Source of the DNA: Chiloscyllium plagiosum
Taxonomy: Eukaryota
Length of the DNA: 64,000 bases
Direction of reading: 5' to 3'
Assembly (NCBI RefSeq): GCF_004010195.1
Contig: NC_057758.1
Location: 1,108,983 to 1,172,982 of the forward strand
The notes beneath the pieces were generated by a model. That model had not been told where the DNA came from. It did no database searches and saw only the letters and a list, made by a program, of their open reading frames with translations. Position numbers and translations under genes: made by a program. Shown here in pieces: positions 25,855 through 39,989 of the stretch (position 1 is its first letter; every line of letters begins with the position of its first letter).

Positions 25855-26290
25855 AAAGTGTACCTCTGTAAAAGCATAGCAGGTCAGGCAGTGTCCCAGA
25901 AGCAGGAGAGTCGACGTTTAGGGCATAAGCCCTTCATGAAGAATGTGGGCGTTAAAAGAGGGCTCTCGGAAACGTAGCTGGAAAGTTGATAGGTGGGTGC
26001 AGGTGGGGTTAATTGCGATATGTCAGTGGGCAGAGTGTAACAAATAGCTAGGAAGGAAGATGGACTGTTCGGATAGGTCAAGAGGGCGGTGGAGAGTTGG
26101 AGGGTTGGATATAGGAAGAGGTGGGGAGGGGAGATTTGTAAACTAGTGAAGTGGATGTTGATGCCGTATACTGAAGGGTCCCAAAGTGGATTATGAGGCG
26201 TTCTTCCTTCAATCATCGGATGGCTTGACTTGGAGGTTGAGGAGGCCCAGGACTTGTGTGTCCTTGGTGAGTGGGAGAGATATTTGATTT
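25855..26290 (-). mobile_element. Penelope-like element 3' remnant
   Basis: Minus-strand frames give LKEERLIIHFGTLQ and YGINIHFTSLQISPP (Penelope endonuclease C-terminus), followed by a degenerate hammerhead-like TTCATGAAGGGCTTATGCCCTAAACGTC. Confidence 0.75.
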
Positions 26291-26507
26291 GGTCGACCCA
26301 GGTTATTTTGTTCTTGGGTTTTTTTTTGAAAGAGAGTTCGTAAAGCCAGAGATGGTGAGGGGGCTGGGAAGATTGTAATTTAGCAATGGCAGCAGAGTGG
26401 CTATTTCTCCCACTTCAGGTTATTTCTAGTTCGGTTCAGCTGTGGCAGTCAGAAGATGCTGAATTCCAGAGGAAAATGCAGCTTAAGCAGTTGATTCCTG
26501 ACTGACT

Positions 26508-27172
26508 TAGAACATGGAACATAGAACAATACAACGTAGAACAGGCCCTTCGGCCCTCAATGTTATGCCGATCTGTGAACTAATCCAAGCCCATCCCCTA
26601 TACTATCACATTATCCTCCATATGTGTTTTTAGATTAGTTTACATTACAGTGTGGAAACAGGCCCTTTGGCTAAACAAGTCCTCACCGACCCGCCGAAGC
26701 GCAATCCACCCATACCCCTACATGTACCCCTTACCTAACACTACGGGCAATTTAGCATGGCCAATTCACCTGTCCTGCACATCATTGGACTGTGGGAGGA
26801 AACCGGAGTACCCGGAGGAAACCCACGCAGACACGGGGAGAACGTGCAAACTCGCTTGAGGCGGGAATTGAACCCGGGTCTCCGGCGCTGTGAGGCAGCA
26901 GTGCTAATCACTGTGCCACCGTGCTTATCCAATGACTGTTTAAATGTCCCTAATGTGGCTGAGTTAACGACATTAGCAGGCAGGGCATTCCACGCCTTTA
27001 CCACTCTCTGAAAGAGGAACCTGCCTCTGACATCTGTCTCAAGTCTTTCACCCCTCAATTTCAAGCTATGCCCTCTCGTACAAACCGACGTCATCATCCG
27101 AGGTCAAACATTCTCAATGTACACCTTATCTAATCCTCTGATCATCTTGATGTCTCTATTAAATCCCCTCTC
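26508..27172 (-). mobile_element. CR1 3' fragment with a nested young HE1 SINE (about 26628-26925), inside the 5' LTR
   Basis: TRGHSLKLRGER...VVKAWNALP; SINE A and B boxes and tail. Confidence 0.9.
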
Positions 27173-28746
27173 TGAAATTTCTTAGTGAGTTGTTCACTCC
27201 TGCCTGAAAGAATCTATTTACCATTTTGCCAAGAGATATGTTTATGGCATGTTACTGGATGAGAACACTTCCTTAGTAAAATTGCTGTATCAGGTGGACT
27301 AAGTTTTCCAGTAGTTAAGCATTCTAAATTCAGTTTTCTTTTATTCGTGTTTAATCTGTAGTATTTAAATAAATTCTCTTTTGAATAAATCTGAGCAGTT
27401 CGATCAGCTGCATCACAACTACAATATCCACACCACATCCGCATTCAAATTTTTTTTTAAAATGTAGGGTCTAGATTACTTTCTTAGAATATTTTGAGGG
27501 GTTCTAGCCTGGAGCATAACAGATTGGGTCCATTGTTGAGAATGATTCTATAATTCCAATTTCGGTTTTGCGATGTTGGGCTCAAAGATGGCGACTGATA
27601 GGTGTTGATATGTTTTGTTCCGGTTGATGAAATCAGTTAGTGTAAACAGTGCTTGTGTAGTAATGGCTCATTTAGTCACGAAAAGTTTTCTGGCGGTTAG
27701 CATAAGTGACTTTGAGGGTTTAACACAAGGTGAGAAAGGCAGAGTTGTTAGAATTGGCAGACAAGCAGAAGTTGGCGTTGCCTTCATCTGTGGGGAATGG
27801 AGAGATAGTTACAGAACTAGTTCGGTATTTAAATTTGCTGGAAAAATCACCAGACTTCAATTCAATTGCAGAAGACACAGTTTGAACATGAAAATAAAAT
27901 TGGACCGTTTGAATTACTGTTAAAATCAAAGAAAAGAGAAAAAATAAATGCACCGGCCTTGCAGAACAAACAGAAAAGGGAAGCATCACTTTGGGATAAC
28001 AAAACTAAAAGGAGAGGGAGGCCCCAGGAGAAGAAAGGGACAAGGAGCGAGAGGAAAGGAACAAAGAGAGAGAGTTTGAACTTCAGAAATTGGCACTTTA
28101 ACAGGAAAGTCAGCTTAAAAGGATGGACGAGCTTAAAAGTTCCCTTCCCGAATTCATGAAAACTCATGTGGAAAAGCAAAGAGTCAAAAAGGCATGATTA
28201 GCAACGAAAATAGCTAATCGTTACGAGTTGGTTCAAATATCAAAGTTTGGCTTCCACCAACAATTTCAGCCCGTGAGAGACAGACATTGAGGAAAAGAGA
28301 AATCCTCGTGGGGTAACATAATAAAGATAGGTTACCACAGAGTAAAAAGGAAACCCATGAATGGAGTAAGAGAAGTTAAAAAGGCTCTGATGCAATAAAA
28401 TGGGTCCCACAAAGTCATAGTGTTGGTCGTTTATGAAAAGCACTCAGAAGTCTGAAGTCAGAAACAAAGATAATTCAATTAATGTTGTGCAAGTGGTAAA
28501 GGAAAGCACAGTGGAGGGTGAAAAGCTGCACAAGAGTGTCCAACCTGGTCGGAGGTTGGTTGAGACGTCAGTGCCAGATCCTCTTGAACCTTTTACTTGC
28601 AAAGCTAAGTATATCTTGCATATGTTTGATTCGTTTAAACCATGAACAGCAGGTAAAGAAGTTACAGAATCAACAGATAAGGGATCATGTCAATCTTTGA
28701 TGTTGAGAGATGAGGTCATATGCAACACAGGACGATTGCCAGAAGA

Positions 28747-28810
28747 TCGGCACAACATCATGGGCTGAATGGCCTGTTCTGTGCTGTACTGTTCTATGTT
28801 CTATGTTCTA
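28747..28810 (+). mobile_element. 64-bp CR1 3' tail insertion
   Basis: GGCCTGTTCTGTGCTGTACTG(TTCTATG)n flanked by TSD AGAAGA (28741-28746, 28811-28816). Confidence 0.85.
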
Positions 28811-30565
28811 AGAAGAGGTAATGCGTGGAATTCATGATGAGACAAGAAGTGCATCATTATGTAGAGTGAGGTTACAGTGTTCAGTGAAAAGTAGAAAAGT
28901 GGTCATATGAGTACCGGACAACCTTTCGGTTCCAATAATGCAGGTGAGTCTTGGTAACGGTACAGCTGAGTGACACGGTGATGTGCTGCTTACTGTGGTT
29001 AAAATTGCGGTAAATCAGGCAACTAGCGCATTATAGGAAGTATGCTCCGGGATATTTTTTTCCCGACCGTCTCATAACAAATTCACAAAGTCATTAGCTG
29101 AAACAGGAGGAGAATTGAAAGCATACTGATAAGCGAGTTGAAGTAGAATTGTCAGAAACCATGTTTGATCAAGTGTTTGAGAAAAAGCAGAAGTAGATGG
29201 AGGTCAGTGTGAATTATTTTAGCTCTGAGAAATTAATTCAGTTACAACAGAAGGATAATATGCTGAAGCAATTGTAGCAAAAACATACACAGAATAAGTA
29301 TCTGAGAATATCACTGAATACGACTCTCTTAAAATTGAAGTCTTGATCAGGAAACGGAGAATATCACAAACTGAGGCAGATGAGAAATGGGCAGCGGTTC
29401 GTCAAGTTATATTACCTGGGGCGTTTCGAAAGGAAGTGTTGTGGCTCGTGCACGAATTCACAGTAGGTAGTATTTTGGGGGTAAGGCCAACTGAAGCTAA
29501 AATGTAAAACACATTTTTACTGGCTTGGATGACACAAGTGTGTAATTGAATTTTGCCAGACATGTCACACATATCAGATAATTGGAGAAGTGCAAGCAAC
29601 AATAACACCAGCGCCTTTAATACCTGCTTTTGCATTTGAGGGAACATTGACAAGGATATTAATTGATTATCCCAGACAAGAATGGGAATCAGTATCTGTT
29701 AACAATAATGTGTCCACTAGACTTCTAGAACCCAATCCATTAGACCATTTTACAGTGAAAATAATTGCAGAAGCATTGCTCAAATTTATCACTAGGTACA
29801 GACTATTTACAGAGTTAAAATCAGACCGAGGGTCACATTTTGCACCAAAATTTTGGAACAAAACAATTCAAATCCATTGCGTTCTATCCACAATTGCAGG
29901 GAACGCTAGAAATGTGACATCGGAAGTTAAGGGCTAATAGCCAAGACTATCCAGATGATTGAGATAAAGGAATTCCATTTGTCCTGCTTGCCATTCGATT
30001 TGCACCAAATGAATCGACGAAATTCAGTCCATGTAAATTAATTTCTGGGCATGAGGTGAAAGGGTCATTGAAATTAATGAAGAAGAAATTGGTGAGTCAG
30101 AATTCAGAGACAACAAATTTGGATTATGTGTTAAATTTTACGGAATGTTTAAATATATTGAGGAATTTTGTAGACAGTACTTAAAAATGACACAGTACAT
30201 GGTGAAACAGCAAGCATACAAGAAATTGAAAACTCGCAATTTTGCTAAAGGAGTTAAAGTGTTGGTGTTGCTTCCAGTGATAAGTGATCCTCTGACATTA
30301 AGGCTCAGTGTAAGTTAACAAGTTAAAGGAGTCAGGTGAACTATTTGATAAGGACTCCAGACAGAAAGACATTTCACAGTGAATATGCTCAAAAGTGTAT
30401 TTTCGAAAGGAACAAAAGCAAAGGTGTGTATGTTACGAGTTACAGCACAGAATGAACAACCAAGTTCAGAAAATTATGATTCGGATATTCCTCAAAATAA
30501 TATTGAATGCATGCTCCAAGACTACATAATCAAAGTGAGTTGTAGTGACTGGAGCTCACCCATAC

Positions 30566-31314
30566 CGCAGTGGGGCAACTGATGATTGTCATTTTTATAA
30601 ATGACAGTGATGAGTGCGTTGAACGATGTGATACTGGAATTGTGGATGACAGTAAGGTTGGTGGAGTTGAGGATAGTGCTGAAGGATAAAACAGGTTACA
30701 GAGGGACTTAGAAAAGGCGCAGAGCTGGGCTGATAGGTGGCAAATGGAGTTTAATGCGGAAAAGTGTGAGGTGATTTACCTTGGAAGGAGCACCATGAAT
30801 AAAGAGTACTTTATGGTAATGGTAAGATTCTTGGTAGAATAGATGAGTAGAGAGATCACAGTGTCCCTGTACGTAGATCACTGAAAGTTGCCTGGTATGG
30901 AGGAAAACTCTCAAAAGGAAAGGCTGAGGGACTTAAGGCTGTTTTGGTTAAATTGAAGAAGGTTGAGAGGTGACTTCATTGAGACATATAAGATAATGAG
31001 AGTGTAAGGTAGGGTGGGCAGTAAGAGCCTTTCTTCCTCGGATAGAAATGGCTAGCACGAGGCTACATAGCTTTAACTTGTGGGTTGATAGATACAGAAT
31101 AGTTTTCTTACTCGGAGTGTAGTAAACTATTCGTGGAACGTGCTGCAGGCGACGTTAGCAGACTCGCCAACCTTAAGGGCATTTAAATGGTTATTGGACA
31201 AACATATCAATGAAATCGAATAGTGTAGGATAGATAGGCTTCAGATTGGTTCCAACAGTCGGTGTAACACGATGGCCAAAGGGCCTGTCCTGCACTGTAA
31301 TGTTCTATGTTCTA
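30566..31314 (+). mobile_element. CR1 fragment splitting the Gypsy RT
   Basis: WQMEFNAEKCEVI motif and 3' tail; the Gypsy RT breaks at WSSPI and resumes at IVPKPDG. Confidence 0.85.
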
Positions 31315-32300
31315 ATAGTGCCAAAACCAGATGGTATTGAACAATTATGTGTGGACTATCACAAAGTCAATGCATTTGCAAAGTCTGACTCATATCCGGT
31401 TCCACGTTTGGAAGATTGTATAGAGAAGGATGGGGCGGCGGGTTGGTTGGGGGGGGGGGGGGTGGGGGGGGGTGGGGGTTGGTGCATGCAATCTATATCT
31501 CGTAGTTGGACTTAGTTAGAGGATACTATCAGATATCCATACCCGAAACAGCAACGATAAATTAGTATTTTGTAACACCGAAAGAACTGGAAGAATTTAA
31601 AGTCTTGCTGTCTGGTATGAAAAATACGCCCACTGCATTTCCAAGGCGAAGCAATAATGTCATGTCTGGATAACTCAATTGCCAAGTACACATTTATGAC
31701 GTAGTGATTTGCATTCACAGATGTAAGGGACATTTACAGCATTTGTTGGAATTATTTGATCGACGTCGGGAGGCAGGCTTAGTGGTAAACCTGGCTAATA
31801 GTGAATTCACTAAAGCGCATGTCACATTCCTGGACCTTGTTATCAGACATGGACAGATTGCTATATGGAAGATTATTAGGATGTTTCCCATATCATTGAC
31901 GAAGCAGTGATATAATTCCTGGGTTTGCATGGGGTATATCAAAATTGTTTTTACTCAATTTTAGCAATGTGGCTTCTCCACTCACTGAAATATTGAAGAA
32001 ATGCAGGACGTTAAGTGGATGGCAGTCTGTCAGAAGGCGTTTGACAGCCTGAAAGCTGTATTAACCACTGCGCTAGTATTAGCCAAAGATAATTATGCAA
32101 ATCTGTTTAAGGTGGCTATCGATGTGAGTGATGTGAGTATTAGTGCTGTTTTTTACAAGAAGAAGTCGAGAAGTTAGAAAGACCTATTGGATATTTGTGC
32201 AGGAAATTGAGCATTCATCCACAGAAATATTCCTCAATTGAGAATGAATCATTGCGATTGGTGTGTGTTACAACATTTCAACGTTTATATTGCCAACAAT

Positions 32301-32762
32301 TTAGATTACATACAGTGTGGAAATAGGCTCTTCGGCCCAACAAGTCCAAATGGACCCTCCGAAGAGCAACCCACCCAGACCTGTTCCCCTAAGTTTACAC
32401 CTTCAGCTAACACTATGGGCAATTTAGCATGGCCAATTCACCTAACCTGCACATCTTTGGAGTGTGGGAGGTAGCCGGAGCACCCGGAGAAAACACACGC
32501 AGACAATGTGCAAACTCCACACAGATTGTTGCCCAAGGCGGGATTTGAACGCGGGTCTCTGGCGCTGTGAGGCAGCTAACCACTGAGCCACTGTGCCGCC
32601 GAATTCCAAAGTTGAATAGATTCCCTACAGTGCAGAAACAGGGTCTTCGGCCCAACAACTCCACATCGACCCTCCAAAGAGAAACCCACCTAGACCAATT
32701 TGCCTACTCGTGCATCTATCACTATGGACAACTTAACCTGGGCTAATCCACCTAAACTGCAC
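32301..32762 (-). mobile_element. HE1 SINE (32301-32600) plus a second 3' fragment
   Basis: Similar to the other HE1 copies in the window. Confidence 0.85.
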
Positions 32763-34304
32763 AATGTGTCTGATCCATTCATATATACTGATTATAATCT
32801 ATCAGGATTTTTGGAGAAATTTAGAGACAAAAATACCGAACTGTTAAAATGGAGCACATTAAAACAGACATTTAATGTGAAAATTATACATGCGGCAGGT
32901 CGAGAAACCATCATCGAGACCCAGATGAAAAATTGAGGCACTCTGTGGCAGGAGTAAATGGACTGAAATAGGATGTGGTCTGAATGTTTGCATGGTTGTA
33001 GTCAATGCATAGTATATGTATTCACTGGCTAAGACAATATGATTAAAGTGAAGCTATCTATGTGTATTTATTTTTTTAAGATGCTATTACTTTAACACGT
33101 TTATTTTGTCCTTGAGATTTTTCTTTTAATACAGTTCATAAAGGCAGAAGAGCCGTAGGGTTTGGAAAGTTCCCAAATTAACAATGGCAGGGGAGTGGCC
33201 AGTTCTCCCAGTACAGGTGCTTTCCAGTTTGGTTCAGCTGTGCCTGTCAGAAAATGCTGAAGTCCAGCAAAAGGTTGCGGCTTCAGCCAATAATTCCGGA
33301 CGGATTTGCCCTCTGAATTATCGTTGGATGTTGTTCCGTCCTGACTGCAAGAATCTTTGTTCCAATTTCCTGTTTGCCAATGTCATGTTACTGGATTGGA
33401 ACAGTTAGTTAATTTGCTGTTTTCTATTGGTTACGTTTACCAAGAGTTAACTTATTAAAAATTGTGCTCTGTCCGTGCTTCAAACTCTAGAGTTTTCAAA
33501 TAAGTTTTGTCCTGTTGAAGGCCGTGTGGTTTGACGAGCTGCAGTACACCTGGAGTATCCATTTCACATCGAGACCCAGATGAAAAATTGAGGCACTCTG
33601 TGGCAGGAGTAAATGGACTGAAATAGGATGTGGTCTGAATGTTTGCATGGTTGTAGTCAATGCATAGTATATGTACTCACTGGCTAAGACAATATGATTA
33701 AAGTGAAGCTATCTATGTGTATTTATTTTTTTTAAGATGCTATTACTTTAACACGTTTATTTTGTCCTTGAGATTTTTCTTTTAATACAGTTCGTAAAGG
33801 CAGAAGAGCCGTGGGGTTTGGAGGCTCCAAGAACCACGGCTCTTCTGCCTTTACGAACTGTATTAAAAGAAAAATCTCAAGGACAAAATAAACGTGTTAA
33901 AGTAATAGCATCTTTAAAAAATAAATACACATAGATAGCTTCACTTTAATACACATAGATAGCTTCACCTCATAATCCTACCCTCTCAACTCCCGAATCA
34001 AGCGTGTGAATTTCCCCTGCGCGCTCTCCAGTGCCAATACATCCTTTCTCAAGTAACGAGATCCCAAAACCTAACGCAGTACTGCAGTAATGGCCTCAAT
34101 TTTTCATCTGGGTCTCGATGTGAAATGGATACTCCAGGTGTACTGCAGCTCGTCAAACCACACAATAAAAAATAGTGAGCGCCTAGCGTACCTTCTTAAA
34201 CTATTATGTGGGGGCTGGATTGGTACATAACAAAATGCATCTAGACATTTTTGAATCCAAACCTGGGTATTGTCCTGGATTGCTACTTTTGGATGTAAGT
34301 TTAT

Positions 34305-37300
34305 AAGAACCAGGAGCAGGAGTATGCCATCTGGTCCTTCGAGCCCGCTCCCCATTCAATACGATTATGGATGATATTTTCATGTCCTCAACCCCACTCA
34401 CCTACGTTCTTACTATAATCCTTAATTCCTTTACTGTTCAAAAATCTATCTATCTTAGCTTCAAAACCATTCAACGTTTTCATTGGGCAGTCAATTCCAC
34501 AGATTCACAAGCCTTTGGGTGAACATTTTCTTCCTCACTCCAGTCCTTAATATGCTCCCAATGATTTTGAGGCTCTGCCGCATGTTGTACTTTCACCTGC
34601 CAATGCAAATATTCTCACTGTTTCCATCTAACCTATTCCATTCTTATTTTCTAATCTTTCTATAAGATCCCGTCTAATTATTATAAATCCCAGTGCATAT
34701 ACTCCCAGTCTTCACAGTCTCTTCTCATAATCCTACCCTCTCAACTCCCGAATCAAGCGTGTGAATTTCCCCTGCGCGCTCTCCAGTGCCAATACATCCT
34801 TTCTCAAGTAACGAGATCCCAAAACATAACGGAGTACTGCAGTAATGGCCTCACCAGCACCCTATACAGGTGTAACATAATGTCTACTTCTAAATGCAAT
34901 CAACCTAGCAATGAAGGCAAAAATTGTATTTGCCTTCTTAACTACCTGTGGCACTTGCAAACCATCCTTCTGCAATTCATGCACGAGGACAACGGGGTTC
35001 CTCTCCACAGCAGCATGTTGCATTTTACTTTACTGCTCAATTAATAGTCCCTTTTATTACTCTTATTGGTACTTAAATACATGACTTCACATTTTTCAGA
35101 ATTAAACTCCATCTGAGAGATCTTTGCCCACTCACCTGAACTATCTGTATTTGTCTGCACACCTTCAGAGCACTTCAAACACGTTGCTGTCCGACGAATC
35201 TTAGCGATACTCGCAAATTTCAACACATTATACGTGGTTGCCCACTCCAAACCATCTCTGTAAATTCAAAACAATTGCTGTCCTAAAACTGATTCCTGAG
35301 AACACTACTAGTCACTAATTGCCAAACAGAAAAACACTCATTTATATACTCACGTTGCATCCTGTTACTTAACCAATGTTTTATCCATGTTAATATCCTG
35401 CCCATAACGCCATGCCCCTTTTTCATATGAAGCACCTTCTTGTGCGGTACCTTAAACATAGAACATAGAACACTAAACCACAGTACTGGCCCTTTGGCTC
35501 TCGATGTTGTGCCGACCTTCTAAGATCAAAATAACCTACATACGCTTTATGTTACTATTATCCAGGTGCCTATCCAATAATCACCTGAACATCTGACTCT
35601 ACGATCAGTGCTGTCAGTGCACGCGATGCACCTACCACTCTCAGTGTAAAGAAACTACCCCTGACACGTCCTATAATCCTTCCTCCAATCACATTAAAAT
35701 TATGTTCCCTCGTGATAGTCTTTTCCACCCTGGGAAAACAGTCTGTGACTATTCACTTTATCTATGCCTCCCATCATTTGTACATCTCCATCAAGTCACA
35801 TCTCATTCTTCTTCACTCCAATGAGAAAAGCCCTAGCTCCCTCAAACTTTCTTCTAAAGAAATGTCCTCTAGTCCCGGCAGCATCTTGGTAAATCTCTTC
35901 TGAACCCTCTCTAAACTTCCATATCCTTCCTATAATGAGCCGAAAAGAAATGAGCAGAATATTCCAAGTGTGGTCTAACCAGGGCTTTATAGAGCTTCAG
36001 CATAACCTCACGTTTCTGAAACTTAATCCCCACTGCTAATGAAAGCCAACACATCTAAACGCTGCTTTAACCACCCTATCAACTTTGAGGGATCTATGGA
36101 AATGGACCCCAAGATCACTCTGTTCCTCCACACTGCAAGGATCCTGCCTCGTACTTCCAAATGAATCACTTCATACTTTTCCAGATTAAACACCATCCAC
36201 CATTTGCAGCCCAGATCTGCATCCTGTCAGTGTCTCGTTGCAACCCACAACAACACTCAACACTATCCAAAACTCCACCATATTGTATGTCATTGGCTAT
36301 CTTACGAAACCACATTTTCCCTTCTTCGTCTAAAAAGAGTAGAGGTCCCAGAGCAGATCCCTGTGGCACACCACTTGTGACAGACCTCCAGGCTGAATAC
36401 ATCCCATCTGCTGCCACACTCTGTTTTCAATGGGATCGGCCAATTCTGTATCCAGACAGCCAAATTTCCCGGTATCCCATGCCTCCTTACTTTCTGAATG
36501 AGCTTACCATGGCAACCTTATCAAATGCCTTGCTAAAATTCATAAACAACAGATCCACTGCTCTACTTTCATCAATGTGTTTCGTCACATCCTCAAATAT
36601 TTCAACAAGTCTTGACATATGTGACCTGCCCCACGAAAAGTCATACTGGCTATTCCGAATCAAGCTATGCTTTTACAAATCATGCAACCTTCCTGTCAGA
36701 ATTGTCACCAACACTTTGCACACCACCAATGTAAGACTGACTAATTTGAAAATCCCATGATTATTCCTATTCACTTTCTTGAACAAAGGAATAACACTTT
36801 GCGAAACTCCCACAATCTGGTGCTACTCCATTGGACAGTGAGGAGGCAAAGGCGCAGCAATTTCTTCTCTCACTTCCCGTAGTAACCGAGAATATATCGC
36901 GTCTAGTCCGAGGACCTCTCTATTCTCATGTTTATCAAACATTCCAGTACATTCTCCTTCTTAACATCAACCTGTTCCAGCATGTCAGGCTGTTTTACGC
37001 TGTCCACATAAACGATAAGATCCCTCTCACGAGCGAATACTAAAGCATTTATTCGTTAATGATCTCCCTGACTTCAGGCACAAGTTCCCGCCACATATAC
37101 TGATTGGCCCTACCTTCACACTGGCCATCCTCTTGTTCCTCACATAAGTACAAAACTTCTTAGGTTATTCCTTAAAAGGACCAACCAAGGATTTTGCATG
37201 TCCCCTTCTCGCTCTCCTGTGTCCACGTTTCATCTTCTTCCTGGCTATCTTGTCACCCTCTACAGCCCTCTCTGATCCTTACTTCCACAACCTGAAGTAA

Positions 37301-39950
37301 GTATGCTTCTTCCTCTTGACTCGATGTTACTCATCTCTTGTCTTCTAAGGTTACTTCACATCCCTTCCTTCCCTTATTTGGACAAATCTATCCAGCAGTT
37401 GCAGCAAGCGCTTCCGAAATGACATCGACATTTCTATCGTGCATTTTCCTGAAAATATCAGTTTCCAATTAATGCCCCACTGTTCTTGCCAAATAATGTT
37501 GCAATTCCCCCTCCCCCAATTAAATAATTTCCCATACCGTCTGCTCGTATCCCTCTCCACGAATACAGTAAACGTCAAGGAGTTGTGATTGCTATCACCC
37601 AAATGCTGTCTGATCGAGAGATTTAACATCTGACCTGGTTCGTTGCCAAGCACCAAATTGAATATGGACTCCCCTCTCGACAGTGTATCTACATATTGAG
37701 TCAGGAATCCTTCCTGACACACCTAACAAAATCTGTTCCATCCAAACTATGAGCAAGAATAAGATTCCAATCAATATTTCGCAAGTTGAAGTCAACCATG
37801 CCAGCAACCCTGCTAATTCTGCACCTTTCCAAAGTCTGTTGCTCAATCACCTCCTCCGCGTTTCTGTTGTTATTGAGGCGTCGATACAAAACTTCCAATA
37901 CAATGACTGCTTCTTACCTGTTTCTGACTTCCAATCATACTGACTCATAAGGCAAACCCTCGTCAACGACGTCCCTTTCTGCAAATGCTATACTATCTCT
38001 GATTAGCAATGCCACTCCGCCACCTCTTTTGCCTTTCTCCATGTTCCTTTTGGAACATGAAAAACCGAGAATGACCAAAACCCATTCCTGCCCTTTGATA
38101 TTCAAGTCACCGTAATGGCCACAACATCGTCGCTCCAACTGCTGAGCCAAGTTCTAAGTTCATCACCGTTATTCATAATGCTTGCATTAAAATAGATACT
38201 TCAACCTATCACACTAACTGCAACTTTGCTCTGTCAACTCTATACCCTTCCTCAAGGCTCTCGGCACTCTCTAGCTGCCTGTTCACCAGCGAATCCAGCT
38301 TCTGATCCTTAGCTCTGGTATTCAAAATAGTTTAAACCCTCCCAGAGAACTCTAGCAAACCTCCCGCCCAGGATGTTGGTACTCTCCTTGCCGAATGCGT
38401 TTTGTAAATCCAGATACACCAAATCTACTGTGTCCCCACTGAGCACACAGTGTCCTCTTAGAATTCCAGTAAGTTAGTTCAAATGACTTGCCTTTCATGA
38501 ACCTATACTTCGCCTGCCCCATGGGACAATTTGTATTTGGATGTCGTGCTATTTCGTCCTTGATGATAGATTCAAGCATTTCCCCACTACAGAAGTTAAG
38601 TAACTAAGATTATAACTCACCATCATTTGCCTGCAGCCTTTTAAAAACAGTGACATCAATTTGCTGCTTTCCAATCTGCTGCAACTGCCCCAGAGCCCAG
38701 CGAATTTTGGAAGATTACCAAAAGCACATTTGCTCTTTCTCCCATAATATCTTCGAGTATCGTGGGAGGCATTTAACCAGGACCGAGAGTCTTCACTACC
38801 TTTAGCTCCATTAGCTTGACAAACAATGCTTCTTTCATGATAATGATTGTTTCCAGTTCCTCACCTATATTAGTCGACTTGTCGATTACTGGCATGCTAT
38901 TCGTATCCTCTGCAGTGAAGACCAACGCGAAATACCTATTCAGTGCCTCAGTTATTTCCTTCATTCGCATTATTAAATCACCCTTCTCACTCTCCCTGAG
39001 GACCAATATTGATTTAGCCACCTTGCTTCGATTTACATATCTGTTGAAAATTTAAATATCTTTGTTTATATTCTCAGGCAGTTTTCTCTCAAAAGCTTAC
39101 TTATTTTTATAGCTTTTTCTGTGGCTTTTTGTTGACCTATATAGTTTATCAAATCTTCTAGTTTCCTATGGCTCTTTGCTATTTCATGTTTTTTTTTCAT
39201 GATTAGATTAAATTAGGTTCCCTCCCGTGTGGAAACAGGCCCTTCGGCCTAACACTGACCATCCAAAGAACAACCCACCCAGACCCATTTCCTTCTGAAT
39301 AATGCATTGAACGCTATGGCAATTTAGCTTGGCCAATGCACCTGATCTGCACATCTTTGGATTGTGGGAGAAAACCGGAGCACCCGGAGGAAACCCACGC
39401 AGACACGAGGAGAATGTAGAAACTCCACACAGACAGTTGCCCAAGGTTAGAATCGAACCTGGGTCCCTAGCGCTGTGAGGCTGCAATGCTAACCACTGAG
39501 CCATAATGCTGCCCTTATCGTTCACTTTGATAGATTACTTTATTTCCTTAGACCTCCATGGGTTTTTATCTCCTTTTCTTCAATTCCTACTTTTCACTGG
39601 TGTATGTTTTTGCTGAGCACTTCAAAAATTGCTTTGAAAGTCCTCCACAGTCCTTAAACTGTCCCACCATAAAGTCTTTGTTTGCAGTCGACATGAGTCA
39701 ACTCATTTCTCATCCTATTGTAGTCTCCTTTGTTGAAGCACAAGACTCTGGTATTGGATTTTCCCTTCTGATTTTCCATCTTTATTCTAAATTCGACCAT
39801 ACTAAGCACTCCTTCCAAGAGGATTTCTATTTGTGAGATTATTAATTATTCCTGTCTGATTACACAGGGGCCTGCTCCTTCTGTGTTTCCACTGCATACT
39901 GTTCAACATAACTATCATGGATACATTCAACGATTTTTTCCTGAAGGCTG
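34305..39950 (-). mobile_element. Nested CR1 LINEs: host about 34305-35453 and 38388-39950; inserted copy about 35454-38385
   Basis: Host RT breaks at about 35450 and resumes at about 38390 (MLESIIKDEI, KGKSF). The inner copy has SGVPQGSALGPLL and endonuclease motifs (GGGVALLIRD, LGDSNHN). Confidence 0.85.
39201..39514 (-). mobile_element. HE1 SINE, older subfamily
   Basis: A and B boxes, central domain and tail. Confidence 0.9.
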
Positions 39951-39989
39951 CCTTAAACAACCTGATTCGACTCATTGCCATTTTGTTTA

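Larger units (their letters stand above)
26300..34232 (+). mobile_element. Decayed Ty3/Gypsy LTR retrotransposon with Gmr1-like order (gag-IN-RT-RH)
   Basis: 5' LTR about 26300-27521 and 3' LTR about 33082-34232 align and both end CATAACA. Integrase motifs at about 29400-30350 (FCQTCHTYQ, PAPLIP, SDRGSHF). RT at about 30500-31900 (WSSPI, VPKPDG...LCVDYHKVN...YPVPRLEDC). RNase H at about 32030-32910. Confidence 0.88.

Noticed and set aside
31432..31482. G-quadruplex-capable poly-G run (also about 58066-58085 and 61668-61718)
   Set aside because: The first is a homopolymer expansion inside a dead RT; none has evidence of function.
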